From an uncultured Acidobacteriota bacterium (lineage in GTDB: Bacteria; Acidobacteriota; Thermoanaerobaculia; Multivoradales; UBA5704): a DNA stretch of 64,000 nt. Made by a program: the position numbers and the translations under genes. Shown here in pieces: positions 1 to 9,137 of the stretch; position 1 is the stretch's first letter; every line of letters begins with the position of its first letter. The stretch spans positions 1,952,001 to 2,016,000 of the forward strand of contig OY969474.1 in the NCBI GenBank assembly GCA_963700145.1, given 5' to 3'. Below the pieces are notes generated by a model. It searched no databases, was not told the DNA's origin, and saw only the letters and a program-made list of their open reading frames with translations.

Positions 1-8
1 TCGGAAAC

Positions 9-431
9 ATGGTGACCGCGCTCAACCCGCAGCTCCGCGACCGCGGCTGTGAGGTCTACGCCAACGAGATGCGAGTGCGCATCCCGGCCACAAATTCCTA
101 TCTCTACCCCGACGTGGTTGTCGCTTGCGAGCCCCGCTTCGAGGATGCCGAGACGGACACGCTGCTAAATTCCAAGGTGATCGTCGAGGTCCGCTCGCCA
201 TCCACCGAAGCCTACGACCGCGGCATCAAGCTCGCCCATTACCGGACGCTCGAATCGCTCGCCGAGATCCTGTTGATCGCCCAGGACCGCGTGCACGTCG
301 AGCACTTCGTCCGCCAGGCCAGCGACCGCTGGCTGCTGATCGAGACCGACGACCTCGAAAGGGTGCTCGATCTCCCTTCGGTCGGCGCCCGCCTTTCCCT
401 GCGCGAGATCTACGACCGCGTGCTTTCCTGA
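9..431 (+). CDS. Uma2 family (PD-(D/E)XK-like) putative endonuclease, probably 5'-truncated by the window edge
   Basis: YPDVVVAC, IVEVRSPSTEAYDRGIK and terminal LSLREIY motifs typical of Uma2. Confidence 0.85.
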   Translation: MVTALNPQLRDRGCEVYANEMRVRIPATNSYLYPDVVVACEPRFEDAETDTLLNSKVIVEVRSPSTEAYDRGIKLAHYRTLESLAEILLIAQDRVHVEHFVRQASDRWLLIETDDLERVLDLPSVGARLSLREIYDRVLS

Positions 432-439
432 CCGCTGCG

Positions 440-940
440 TCAGAGGGCGAGCGAGCGCTGGAGGGCGCCTTCGAGCTCGAGGAGGTAGCGCTTGCGGTCG
501 ATGCCGCCGGCGTAGCCGGTCAAGGAGCCGGCGGCGCCGATCACCCGGTGGCAGGGGATGACGACGCCGATCGGGTTGTCGTGGTTGGCCCGCCCTACCG
601 CCCGCGCCGCGCCGGGCTTGCCGACGGCGGCGGCAAGCTCGCCGTAGGAGCGGGTCTCGCCGTAGGGGATGGCGAGGAGGGCGTCCCAGACGTCGCGCTG
701 GAAGGGGGTGCCGGTGGGGGCCAAGGGCAGCTCGAAGGCGGTGCGCTCGCCGGCGAAGTACTCGGCGAGCTGGCGGCGCAGGAGCGGGAAAGGGGCGGCG
801 TCGGGGTCCATCTCGCCGCCGCCGAGCGCCGCGCGCGCCGCCGCCTCGTCGGCGTAGAAGCTCAGCCCCACGAGCCGCCCCTCCCGCGCCGCTGCCAGGG
901 CGGTGCCGAAGGGGGTCGGGAAGAGGGCGTAGGCGCTCAG
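440..940 (-). CDS. ogt: Methylated-DNA-protein-cysteine methyltransferase; start proposed at the CTG overlapping the lexA stop
   Basis: PCHRV active site, GTPFQRDVW, IPYGETRSYG, ARAVG. The frame is open to CTG 940, adding a typical YALFPTPFG N-terminus. Confidence 0.9.
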   Translation of the reverse strand: MSAYALFPTPFGTALAAAREGRLVGLSFYADEAAARAALGGGEMDPDAAPFPLLRRQLAEYFAGERTAFELPLAPTGTPFQRDVWDALLAIPYGETRSYGELAAAVGKPGAARAVGRANHDNPIGVVIPCHRVIGAAGSLTGYAGGIDRKRYLLELEGALQRSLAL

Positions 941-1569
941 AATTTCCTCATGAGCCCGACCACGATCCCCTGCACGCGCACGTCGCGGGCCGGGACGTGG
1001 AGCGCCTGCATCGCCGGGTTGGCGGGCTGGAGGCGCACCGTCTCCCCCTCGGGGAAGAAGCGCTTCAGCGTGGCGTCGTCGCCGACCAGCGCGACGACCA
1101 TCTCTCCGGCCTCGGCGCGCTCGCGGCGCAGCACGACGACGTAGTCGCCGTCCTGGATCCCCTCCTCGATCATCGAGTCGCCGACCACGCGCAGCACGTA
1201 GTGGTCGCCGGCGCGGGTCGAGAGCAGGTGCGTCGGCACCGCCAGCCGCTCGTTGCCGGCCACGGCCTCGATCGGCCGCCCGGCGGCGATGCGGCCGAAG
1301 AAGGGGAGGTCCACCTGCGAGGCGGTGCTGCCGCCGCCCGGGATGGCGCGGATCAGCTCCATGCCGCGCTTCTGGTTCCAGTCGCGGCGCAGGTAGCCCT
1401 TGTCCTGCAGCAGGCGCAGGTGCTTGTAGACCGTGCCGTAGGACGAGAAGCCGAACCGCTCGCAGATCTCGCGGTGGGTGGGGGCGATGCCCTGGGTGCG
1501 CAGGAACTCCTGGATATACTCCAGGATCTCGCGCTGGCGCTCCGTCAGGTAGGCGGGTTTGGCGCTCAT
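937..1569 (-). CDS. lexA: SOS repressor LexA
   Basis: LTERQREIL wHTH, IAAG cleavage site, GDSM serine, ATLKR lysine. Start MSAKPAYL at 1569. Confidence 0.95.
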   Translation of the reverse strand: MSAKPAYLTERQREILEYIQEFLRTQGIAPTHREICERFGFSSYGTVYKHLRLLQDKGYLRRDWNQKRGMELIRAIPGGGSTASQVDLPFFGRIAAGRPIEAVAGNERLAVPTHLLSTRAGDHYVLRVVGDSMIEEGIQDGDYVVVLRRERAEAGEMVVALVGDDATLKRFFPEGETVRLQPANPAMQALHVPARDVRVQGIVVGLMRKF

Positions 1570-1599
1570 GGGAGAGAGGATAGGCGGAATCGAGGCGTA

Positions 1600-2892
1600 A
1601 TGCAAGCTCCCGGCGCGATCCTCCCCGATCTCACCTGCCAGCTCCACACTCTCGACAACGGCCTGCGGGTGGTCCTCCACCGCGAGCCGTCGCTGCCGCT
1701 GGTCGCCGTCAACCTCTGGTACCACGTCGGCTCGAAGAACGAGCGCCCCGGCCGCACCGGCTTCGCCCACCTCTTCGAGCACATGCTCTTCCAGGGCAGC
1801 GCCAACGTGCCGATCCACGAGCACTTCCGCCAGGTGCAGCGGGTCGGCGGCGTGCTCAACGGCTCCACCTGGTACGACCGCACCAACTACTACGAGACCC
1901 TGCCGGCGCACCACCTCGAGCTCGGGCTCTGGCTGGAGTCCGACCGCATGGGCTTCCTGCTGCCGGCGGTCACCCAGCAGAACCTCGACACCCAGCGCGA
2001 CGTGGTGATGAACGAGCGCCGGCAGCGGGTGGAGAACCAGCCGTACGGGCGGGCCACCGAGCGGCTGCACGAGCTGCTCTACCCCGCCGACCACCCCTAT
2101 CACTGGCCGGTCATCGGCTACCTCGACGACATCGCCGCCGCCTCGCTCGAAGAGGTGCGGGACTTCTGCCGCACCTACTACACGCCGAACAACGCGGTGC
2201 TGACGGTGGCCGGCGACATCGACCCCGCCGCCGCCCTGGCGCTCGTCGAGCGCTGGTTCGGCGACATCCCGCGCGGCCCGAAGCCGCCGCCGGTCGCCGC
2301 CGCCGACCCGCTGCCCCTGGACGGCGAGCGGCGCGAGGCGCTGCCGGACGACATCCGCCTCGCCCGCGTCTACTTCGGCTTCCGCGCGCCGCGCTACGGC
2401 GACGCGCGCTGGTACGCCGGCGACCTGCTGGCCGGTGTGCTGTCGGCCGGCAAGTCGAGCGTCCTCTACCGCGACCTCGTCTACCGGCGGCAGCTCGCCC
2501 AGGAGGTGGGCGTGCACCTCGACCCGACCGAGCTGGCGGGGACCTTCTACGTCGTCGCCACGGCGAAGCCGGGAGTCGAGCCGGAGGCGCTCGTCGAGGC
2601 GCTGTCCGAGCACCTCGCCGGCGCCGCCGCGGCGCCCCCCGCGCCCGAGGACTTCGAGCGAGCGCGCAACAAGGCGCTGACCGACATCTTCGGGGTGCTG
2701 CAGAAGCTCGACCACCGCGCCGACCTGCTGTCGCAGTACACGACCTACTTCGACGATCCGTCCGGCCTGGCGCGCGAGGCCGAGCGCTACGCCGCCCTGC
2801 GGCCCGAGGAGCTGGCGGGCTTCGCGGCCGAGGTCTGCCGCCCGGAGCGGCGCGTCGTGGTGACGGTCGTGCCGCGCGAGGCGGCGGCGTGA
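1600..2892 (+). CDS. M16 (pitrilysin/insulinase) zinc peptidase, catalytic subunit
   Basis: HLFEH (HXXEH) motif, LDNGLRVV, GSKNE, NGST..DRTNY. Confidence 0.92.
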   Translation: MQAPGAILPDLTCQLHTLDNGLRVVLHREPSLPLVAVNLWYHVGSKNERPGRTGFAHLFEHMLFQGSANVPIHEHFRQVQRVGGVLNGSTWYDRTNYYETLPAHHLELGLWLESDRMGFLLPAVTQQNLDTQRDVVMNERRQRVENQPYGRATERLHELLYPADHPYHWPVIGYLDDIAAASLEEVRDFCRTYYTPNNAVLTVAGDIDPAAALALVERWFGDIPRGPKPPPVAAADPLPLDGERREALPDDIRLARVYFGFRAPRYGDARWYAGDLLAGVLSAGKSSVLYRDLVYRRQLAQEVGVHLDPTELAGTFYVVATAKPGVEPEALVEALSEHLAGAAAAPPAPEDFERARNKALTDIFGVLQKLDHRADLLSQYTTYFDDPSGLAREAERYAALRPEELAGFAAEVCRPERRVVVTVVPREAAA

Positions 2893-4274
2893 GCGCCGAG
2901 GTCGCGCTCGATCGCACCCTGCCGCCGGAGCCGGGGACGCTCCGCGCCTTCGACTTTCCGGACTTCCTGCACACCGAGCTGCCGGGCGGGCTGGCCGTCT
3001 ACGCCGCGCGCCACGGCGACGTGCCGCTGGTCTCGCTCGAGCTGGTGACGCCGGCCGGCGGCCAGCACGACCCGCCGGGACGGCACGGCCTCTCGACCCT
3101 CACCGCCGGCCTCCTCGACGAGGGCACGGCGCGCGGCGGCGCGCTCGAGATCGCCGCCCGCGTCGAGCGGCTGGGGGGGTACCTGGCGAGCGGCGCCGAC
3201 TGGGACTCCTCGTATCTCGCGGCCGGCGTCCTGTCGCGCAACCTGCCGGCCGCGCTCGAGCTCCTGGCCGAGGTGGCGACCTCTCCCACCTTCCCGCCCG
3301 AGGAGCTGGAGCGGCTGCGGCGCCAGCGCCTGGCGGAGCTCCTCCGCCGCCGCCACGACCCGGCGATCCTGGCGGACGAGCGGGTGACCGAGGAGATCTT
3401 CCGCGGCACCGTCTACGGCCGCTCGCTCCTGGGCGACGAGGAGAGCGTCGCGGCGATCGCTCGCGACGATGTCGTCGCCCACTACCGGCGGCACTACGGC
3501 CTGCGCGACGCGGCGCTGGTGGCGGTCGGCGACCTCGACCCCGAGGCGCTGGTCGAGGCGGCCGAGCGGATCTTCGGCGGCGGCGGCGGCCCGCCTTCCC
3601 CGACGCCGCCGGAGGTGCGGCCGGCGCCGCTGCCCGGCGTCGTGGTCCACGTGGTGGACCGCCCCGGCGCCGCGCAGACCGAGCTGCGCCTCGGCCACGC
3701 CGGCGTCCCGCGCCGCCACCCCGACTACTCGCCGCTGGTGGTGCTCAACACACTCCTCGGCGGCCAGTTCACCAGCCGCATCAACTTGAACCTGCGCGAG
3801 CGCCACGGCTACACCTACGGCGCCCACAGCCGCTTCGTGGGTCGGCGGGGGCCCGGCCCCTTCCTGGTCTCGGCGGCGGTGGCGACGGAGGCGACGGGCG
3901 CGGCGGCGCGAGAGGTGCTCGGCGAGCTGGAGCGGCTGCGCGAGGAGCCGGTCGGGGCGGTCGAGCTGGCGGAGACGCGCGACTACCTGATCGGGGTCTT
4001 CCCCTACACCGTGCAGACGATCGGCGACCTGGCGAAGCGGCTGGAGATGCTGGCGACCTACGGCCTGCCGGACGACTACTTCGAGCGCTACATCGAGCGG
4101 GTGCGCGCGGTGACCGCCGAGGAGGTGCAGCGGCTCGCCCGCCGCCACCTCCACCCCGACCGGATCGCCATCGTCGCCGTCGGCCCCGCCGAAACCCTGG
4201 AGCGCCAGCTCTCGGCGCTCGGCCCCGTCACCGTGTGGAGCCCCGACGGGCGCGTGCCGGTGGCGGCGGCGTAG
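2889..4274 (+). CDS. M16 peptidase non-catalytic subunit
   Basis: GTGA overlap with the upstream gene; LGGQFTSRINLNLRERHGYTYG motif; no HXXEH. Confidence 0.9.
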   Translation: MSAEVALDRTLPPEPGTLRAFDFPDFLHTELPGGLAVYAARHGDVPLVSLELVTPAGGQHDPPGRHGLSTLTAGLLDEGTARGGALEIAARVERLGGYLASGADWDSSYLAAGVLSRNLPAALELLAEVATSPTFPPEELERLRRQRLAELLRRRHDPAILADERVTEEIFRGTVYGRSLLGDEESVAAIARDDVVAHYRRHYGLRDAALVAVGDLDPEALVEAAERIFGGGGGPPSPTPPEVRPAPLPGVVVHVVDRPGAAQTELRLGHAGVPRRHPDYSPLVVLNTLLGGQFTSRINLNLRERHGYTYGAHSRFVGRRGPGPFLVSAAVATEATGAAAREVLGELERLREEPVGAVELAETRDYLIGVFPYTVQTIGDLAKRLEMLATYGLPDDYFERYIERVRAVTAEEVQRLARRHLHPDRIAIVAVGPAETLERQLSALGPVTVWSPDGRVPVAAA

Positions 4275-4292
4275 CCCCGAGCGGAAGGACCG

Positions 4293-6368
4293 TCAGTAGA
4301 GCTGGGCCGTGACCCGGCCGCCGGCCGTGAGATGAACAGCCAGGCGGCGGGCGGCGCCGCCGGGGAGGGCGACCTCGACGACCTCGGCGGTGCGCCCTTC
4401 GGGCGTAACCAAAACCAGGAGCCGCTCGGTGCCGGCCGGCACCACGACGTTCTGCTGGAACCAACCGCCGCGCGCCCGCCGGCTCAAGAAGCTCCCCTCG
4501 CGGAAGTCGAAGCGCCGGTTGAGCAGGCTCTGCTGCCTGGTCCGCACCATCACCGTGCCGAGCGGCAGGTCGCTGCGGAACTCCACCGTCAGCGTCGCGA
4601 GCGCCGGCTGCTGCGGCTGCGGGACCGCGGGCAACGTCTCCGCCACCGCCGGCGCCGCGGCCGGCGGCGCGGCCTCGGTCGCCGGCACCGTCGGGCCCGG
4701 CCGCTGCGCGCGCTGCGCCGCCCCCTGCCGCTCGCGTCCGGCCACCGCCGTGCGCAGGATCTGCGGCGCCTCGGGATGGTGGGGGTCGAGCTCCAGGATG
4801 CGCCGGCCGGCCGCTTCGGCGGCGTCCCAGCCGCGGCGGCGCAGAGCGCCGTGCGCCTCCTCCAGGCGAGTGCCGATCTCCTGCTCGATCGCCTGCCGCC
4901 GCGCCAAGTCCATCGTCTCCCGCTCCGCGTCGCGGCGCAGCTTGCCGAGCACTGTCACGGCGGGGGCCAGCCGCTCGGCGCGGCCGAAGGCTTCCGCGGC
5001 CGCCGGCGCCTGGCCCGCCTCCCTGAGCGCGGCCCCCTCCGAGATCAGCGGCACGACCTGCGGATGGACATCCGGCGCCTCGGCGTTGGCGGGGACCGGC
5101 GGCTGGGTCCAGGCGAGGAGCAGGAGCGCCGCCGCCACCGCGAAGATCGGCACCGCCGCGGCGGCGGCGGTGAGGAGCGCGAGACGGCGGGGCGCCGGGG
5201 AGAGCGGCGCGCTGGCCGCGGCCGGCGGCGCCGGACGCACCGGCATCGGGTCGGGCGGGATGAGCGGCACGACGTCCGCCAGCTCGAGCCCCGAAGAGAC
5301 GGTCTCGTCGTCGCCCGGCAGCGGGCTCAGCACGACCTCGCCGCTCGGGATTTCGGCAGCGGCGGCCACGGCCGCCGGCGCCGCGGTGGACGGCATCGCC
5401 GCCGTTCGCTTGCGCGGCAGCAACCGCCTCCAGATCGGCACCACCGGCGCCGCCAGCGCCTCCTCGGCGAGCACCGCCGTCGCCGCCAGGCTCTGCGTCT
5501 CGTTGAGCGACTCGTGATCGGCGGCCGGCCGCTCCCCCACCAGGCGCTTGAGGTCGTCGGTCAGCTCGCGCGCCCGCTGGTAGCGCTCCGCCGGGTCCTT
5601 CGCCAGCGCCCGGGCGAGGATGCGCTCCACCTCCGGCGGCAGGTCGCGCACGTACTGGCGGGGCGGCGTGAACCCGTCGTAGACGATGCGGTGGGAGACG
5701 ACCGTCAGGTTCTCGCCCTGGAAGGGCTTGTGCCGGGTGAGCATCTCGTAGAGCACCACCCCGAGCGAGAAGAGGTCGGCGCGGTGGTCCACCTCCTTGC
5801 CCAGGATCTGCTCCGGCGCCATGTAGTTGGGGGTGCCGAGGAGCTGCCCCTCCTGGGTCAGGTTCGAGGTGTCGAGCCGCGCGATGCCGAAGTCGGTGAT
5901 CTTCACCCGGTTGTCGGCGGTGATGATGATGTTGGCGGGCTTGACGTCGCGGTGGACGACGCCGCGCGAGTGGGCGTAGTCGAGGGCCTCGCCGACCTGG
6001 CGCACGATCTCGGCCGCGAACGGCAGGCCGAGCGGCGTCCCGCCCTGCAGGAGCTGCTTCAGGTTGGTGCCGCGGACGTACTCCATGGCGATGAACGCCA
6101 CACCGTCCGCCCCTTCCTCGACGACGTCGTGGATGGTGACGATGTTGGGGTGCGAGAGGATGCCGGCGCTCTGCGCCTCGCGGATGAAGCGGGCGCGGAA
6201 CTGCTGCAGCTCGTGGTCCTTGACCGAGTAGCCGATGCGGAAGGTCTTGAGCGCCACCAGGCGCCCGATCAGCGGGTCGCGGGCCAGGAAGACCACCCCG
6301 GCCGCGCCCTTGCCGAGCTCGTCGAGGATCTCGTAGCGGCCGAGTCGGCTTGGGGTAGCAGGCAACAT
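4293..6368 (-). CDS. Hanks-type Ser/Thr protein kinase with TM segment and TPR-like extracytoplasmic region
   Basis: LGKGAAG, VALK, HRDVKPAN, DFG, GTPNYMAPE. Start placed at ATG 6368 because a consensus promoter lies at 6403-6431. Confidence 0.92.
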   Translation of the reverse strand: MLPATPSRLGRYEILDELGKGAAGVVFLARDPLIGRLVALKTFRIGYSVKDHELQQFRARFIREAQSAGILSHPNIVTIHDVVEEGADGVAFIAMEYVRGTNLKQLLQGGTPLGLPFAAEIVRQVGEALDYAHSRGVVHRDVKPANIIITADNRVKITDFGIARLDTSNLTQEGQLLGTPNYMAPEQILGKEVDHRADLFSLGVVLYEMLTRHKPFQGENLTVVSHRIVYDGFTPPRQYVRDLPPEVERILARALAKDPAERYQRARELTDDLKRLVGERPAADHESLNETQSLAATAVLAEEALAAPVVPIWRRLLPRKRTAAMPSTAAPAAVAAAAEIPSGEVVLSPLPGDDETVSSGLELADVVPLIPPDPMPVRPAPPAAASAPLSPAPRRLALLTAAAAAVPIFAVAAALLLLAWTQPPVPANAEAPDVHPQVVPLISEGAALREAGQAPAAAEAFGRAERLAPAVTVLGKLRRDAERETMDLARRQAIEQEIGTRLEEAHGALRRRGWDAAEAAGRRILELDPHHPEAPQILRTAVAGRERQGAAQRAQRPGPTVPATEAAPPAAAPAVAETLPAVPQPQQPALATLTVEFRSDLPLGTVMVRTRQQSLLNRRFDFREGSFLSRRARGGWFQQNVVVPAGTERLLVLVTPEGRTAEVVEVALPGGAARRLAVHLTAGGRVTAQLY

Positions 6369-6402
6369 CGACGTCGTCTGAAAAGCGCGAGTTGGAAGGG
6401 GC

Positions 6403-6431
6403 ATTGTAGGCTCCGAGCGGCCCCGAGTCAA
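6403..6431 (-). promoter_or_regulatory. Sigma70-type promoter for the kinase gene
   Basis: TTGACT-17bp-TACAAT on the minus strand. Confidence 0.7.
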
Positions 6432-6576
6432 ACCCGCGCGTGTGCCGCTAAGCGATTCTGCCGCTTGCGTTTAACCGCCGAAGCACGGGCCGGCGTCAAG
6501 CCGGGCTGCTATGGTATATCTTCGCGCTGCTCTCCCGGCCGGGAGCGCCGAGCCTACCCACAGGAGGTCCCCAGGC

Positions 6577-8667
6577 ATGCAGGTCGACAGTCCTGAGAAG
6601 ATCCGCAACCTCGCGGTGGCGGGACACAACGACACCGGCAAGACCACCCTCGTCTCGGCCCTGCTCTTCGCGGGGGGCGTGGTCAACCGGTTGGGGCGGG
6701 TCGAGGACGGCAACGCGCCGACGGACTTCGACCACGAGGAAGTGCAGCGCGGCATCTCGATCGGGCTCGGCACCGCCTTCGTGCCCTGGAAGGGCCACAA
6801 GGTCAACCTCATCGACTGCCCCGGCTACTCGATCTTCCTGACCGAGACCAAGGCCGGGATGCGGGCGGCGGACGCGGTCCTGCTCTGCGTCAACCCGGTG
6901 GCCGGCGTCGAGGTCACGACCGAGCGGGTCTGGAGCTTCGCCGAGGAGCTGGGGCTCCCCGTCCTCCTCCACCTCGCCAAGATGGACCGCGAGCGCGCCG
7001 ACTTCGACCGCGCCGTCGCCGGGCTCCAGGCGCGCTTCGGCCGCGGCGTCCTGCCGCTGCAGCTGCCGATCGGCGGCGAAGCGCGGTTCGAGGGGGTCGT
7101 CGACCTGGTGCAGAACCGCGCCTACCGCTTCGCGCGCGACGGCAACGGCCGCGCCGAGCCGGCTGAGGTGCCGGCCGAGCACGCCGCCGAGATCGACGCC
7201 TGGCGCGGGCGGCTGATCGAGGCGGTGGCCGAGACCGACGACGCGCTGATGGAAGGGTTCTTCGAGAGCGGCTCGCTCGAGCAGGCCGACTTCGAGGCGG
7301 GGCTGAAGCGCGCGATCGCGCGGCGGCAGGTCTTCCCGCTCACCCTCTCGGCGGCGGCGCACGGCATCGGCCCCGCGGCCCTCCTCGACGCGGTCGTCGC
7401 CCACGCCCCCTCTCCCGCCGAGCGCTCCGGCTTCCCGGCGACCAACGTCGGCGGCGACCCGATCGAGGCGCCGACGGGCCCCGGCGACCCGGCCGCGGCG
7501 CTGGTCTTCAAGACCATCAACGACCCGTTCACCGGCAAGCTGACGCTCTTCCGTGTGGTCTCCGGCACGCTGCGCTCCGACGCCACCGTCTACAACGCCC
7601 GCGAGGAGGAGACCGAGCGGCTCGGCCACCTGCTCGTCCTCCAGGGCAAGCAGACGGCGCCCGTCGGCCAGCTCGTGGCCGGCGACATCGGCGGCGTCGC
7701 CAAGCTCAAGCACACCCACACCGGCGACACCCTCTGCGCCAAGGAGCGGCCGGTGCGGCTGGCCTGGATCACGGTGCCGGAGCCGGCGATGGCCTTCGCG
7801 ATCAAGCCCAAGAGCAAGGGGGACGAGGAGAAGATCGGCGAGGCGATGGCGCGCCTGATGGAGGAGGACCTGACGCTGCGCGCCGGCCGCGATCCCGAGA
7901 CCCACGAGGTCCTGCTCTCCGGCACCGGCCAGCTGCACATCGAGATCGCGGTGGCGAAGCTCAAGCACCGCTACCACGTCGACGTCGAGCTGCACCAGCC
8001 GAAGGTGCCCTACCGCGAGACCATCCTGCGCCCCGCCGACGGCCACGGCCGGCACAAGAAGCAGACCGGCGGCCGCGGCCAGTTCGCCGACTGCCGGATC
8101 AAGATCGAGCCGATGCCGCGCGGCGGCGACTTCGAGTTCGTCGACGAGATCTTCGGCGGCTCGATCCCGCAGAACTACCGGCCGGCGGTCGAGAAGGGGA
8201 TCCAGGATGCCCGCCACCGTGGCTACCTCGCCGGGTACCCCGTGGTCGACTTCCGGGTCCGCCTCCTCGACGGCCAGTACCACGACGTCGACTCCTCGGA
8301 GCTGGCCTTCAAGATCGCCGGCTCGCTGGCCTGGAAGGACGCCATGCAGAGCGCCAAGCCGACGATCCTCGAGCCGATCATGAAGGTCGAGATCGCCACC
8401 AACGACGAGTTCATGGGCGACATCATGGGCGACCTCTCGCACCGCCGCGGGCGGCCGCTGGGGTTGGACTCGCAGAACGGCGCCCAGCTCATCAAGGCGC
8501 TGGTGCCGATGTCCGAGATGCTCAACTACGCCCCCGCCCTGCGCTCGATGACCCAGGGCCGGTCGAGCTTCACCATGGAGTTCTCGCACTACGAAGAGGT
8601 GCCGCGCCCGGTGCAGGAGAAGATCATCGCCGACGCGCAGAAGGCCAAGCAGGAGCAGGAGGCCTGA
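6577..8667 (+). CDS. Elongation factor G-like paralogue (EF-G2 type)
   Basis: Full EF-G architecture ([21 protein letters not shown]) with divergent G motifs GHNDTGKT and AKMD; AGGAGG upstream of ATG 6577. Confidence 0.9.
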   Translation: MQVDSPEKIRNLAVAGHNDTGKTTLVSALLFAGGVVNRLGRVEDGNAPTDFDHEEVQRGISIGLGTAFVPWKGHKVNLIDCPGYSIFLTETKAGMRAADAVLLCVNPVAGVEVTTERVWSFAEELGLPVLLHLAKMDRERADFDRAVAGLQARFGRGVLPLQLPIGGEARFEGVVDLVQNRAYRFARDGNGRAEPAEVPAEHAAEIDAWRGRLIEAVAETDDALMEGFFESGSLEQADFEAGLKRAIARRQVFPLTLSAAAHGIGPAALLDAVVAHAPSPAERSGFPATNVGGDPIEAPTGPGDPAAALVFKTINDPFTGKLTLFRVVSGTLRSDATVYNAREEETERLGHLLVLQGKQTAPVGQLVAGDIGGVAKLKHTHTGDTLCAKERPVRLAWITVPEPAMAFAIKPKSKGDEEKIGEAMARLMEEDLTLRAGRDPETHEVLLSGTGQLHIEIAVAKLKHRYHVDVELHQPKVPYRETILRPADGHGRHKKQTGGRGQFADCRIKIEPMPRGGDFEFVDEIFGGSIPQNYRPAVEKGIQDARHRGYLAGYPVVDFRVRLLDGQYHDVDSSELAFKIAGSLAWKDAMQSAKPTILEPIMKVEIATNDEFMGDIMGDLSHRRGRPLGLDSQNGAQLIKALVPMSEMLNYAPALRSMTQGRSSFTMEFSHYEEVPRPVQEKIIADAQKAKQEQEA

Positions 8668-9137
8668 CCCCACTTCGCACGCTGCGCCGCCGCCTCGTCC
8701 TGCTCCTCGTCGTCTACTTCTTCGCCGGGGGCGCCAGCCAGAAGCTGGTGCCCGGGGTGGACGAGATCTTCCCCTTCTTCGGCTGGTCGCTCTTCTCGAA
8801 GGTCCCCAACGACGAAAGCCGGTACTGGATCGTCATCGACCGCCACGACGGCCGGCCGGTCGAGCCTCCCGTCTCCTTCCTCCACGCCCCCGAGTCGATC
8901 GTCGGCGGCAACCGCTGGGTCGGCCGCAAGGTGATCCAGCGGCTGGGCCGGGCGTTCGACAAGGGCCGGACCGGCGAGGTCGCCGACCTCCGCCGGCTGC
9001 TCGAGCAGAACTACCTGCGGGGCCAAGTGCGCTACGAGCTCCTCTTCGGGCGCTACGACCCGCTGGAGAAGTGGAAGACGGGCGAGAGCCGAGAGACCAG
9101 ACGCCTGGCGAGCTTCGAGAGCGGCGACGCGGAATGA
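8664..9137 (+). CDS. Small membrane-anchored protein, SdpA/DUF5819-like partner of the HTTM-like gene
   Basis: Frame open from the CTG overlapping the EF-G2 stop; N-terminal RRRLVLLLVVYFF; GWSLFSKVP motif. Confidence 0.5.
   Translation: MTPLRTLRRRLVLLLVVYFFAGGASQKLVPGVDEIFPFFGWSLFSKVPNDESRYWIVIDRHDGRPVEPPVSFLHAPESIVGGNRWVGRKVIQRLGRAFDKGRTGEVADLRRLLEQNYLRGQVRYELLFGRYDPLEKWKTGESRETRRLASFESGDAE

Noticed and set aside
937-2892. Long N-terminal extensions of LexA (to 2715) and the M16 peptidase (from 997)
   Set aside because: Each is the antisense read of the other gene; true starts are 1569 and 1600
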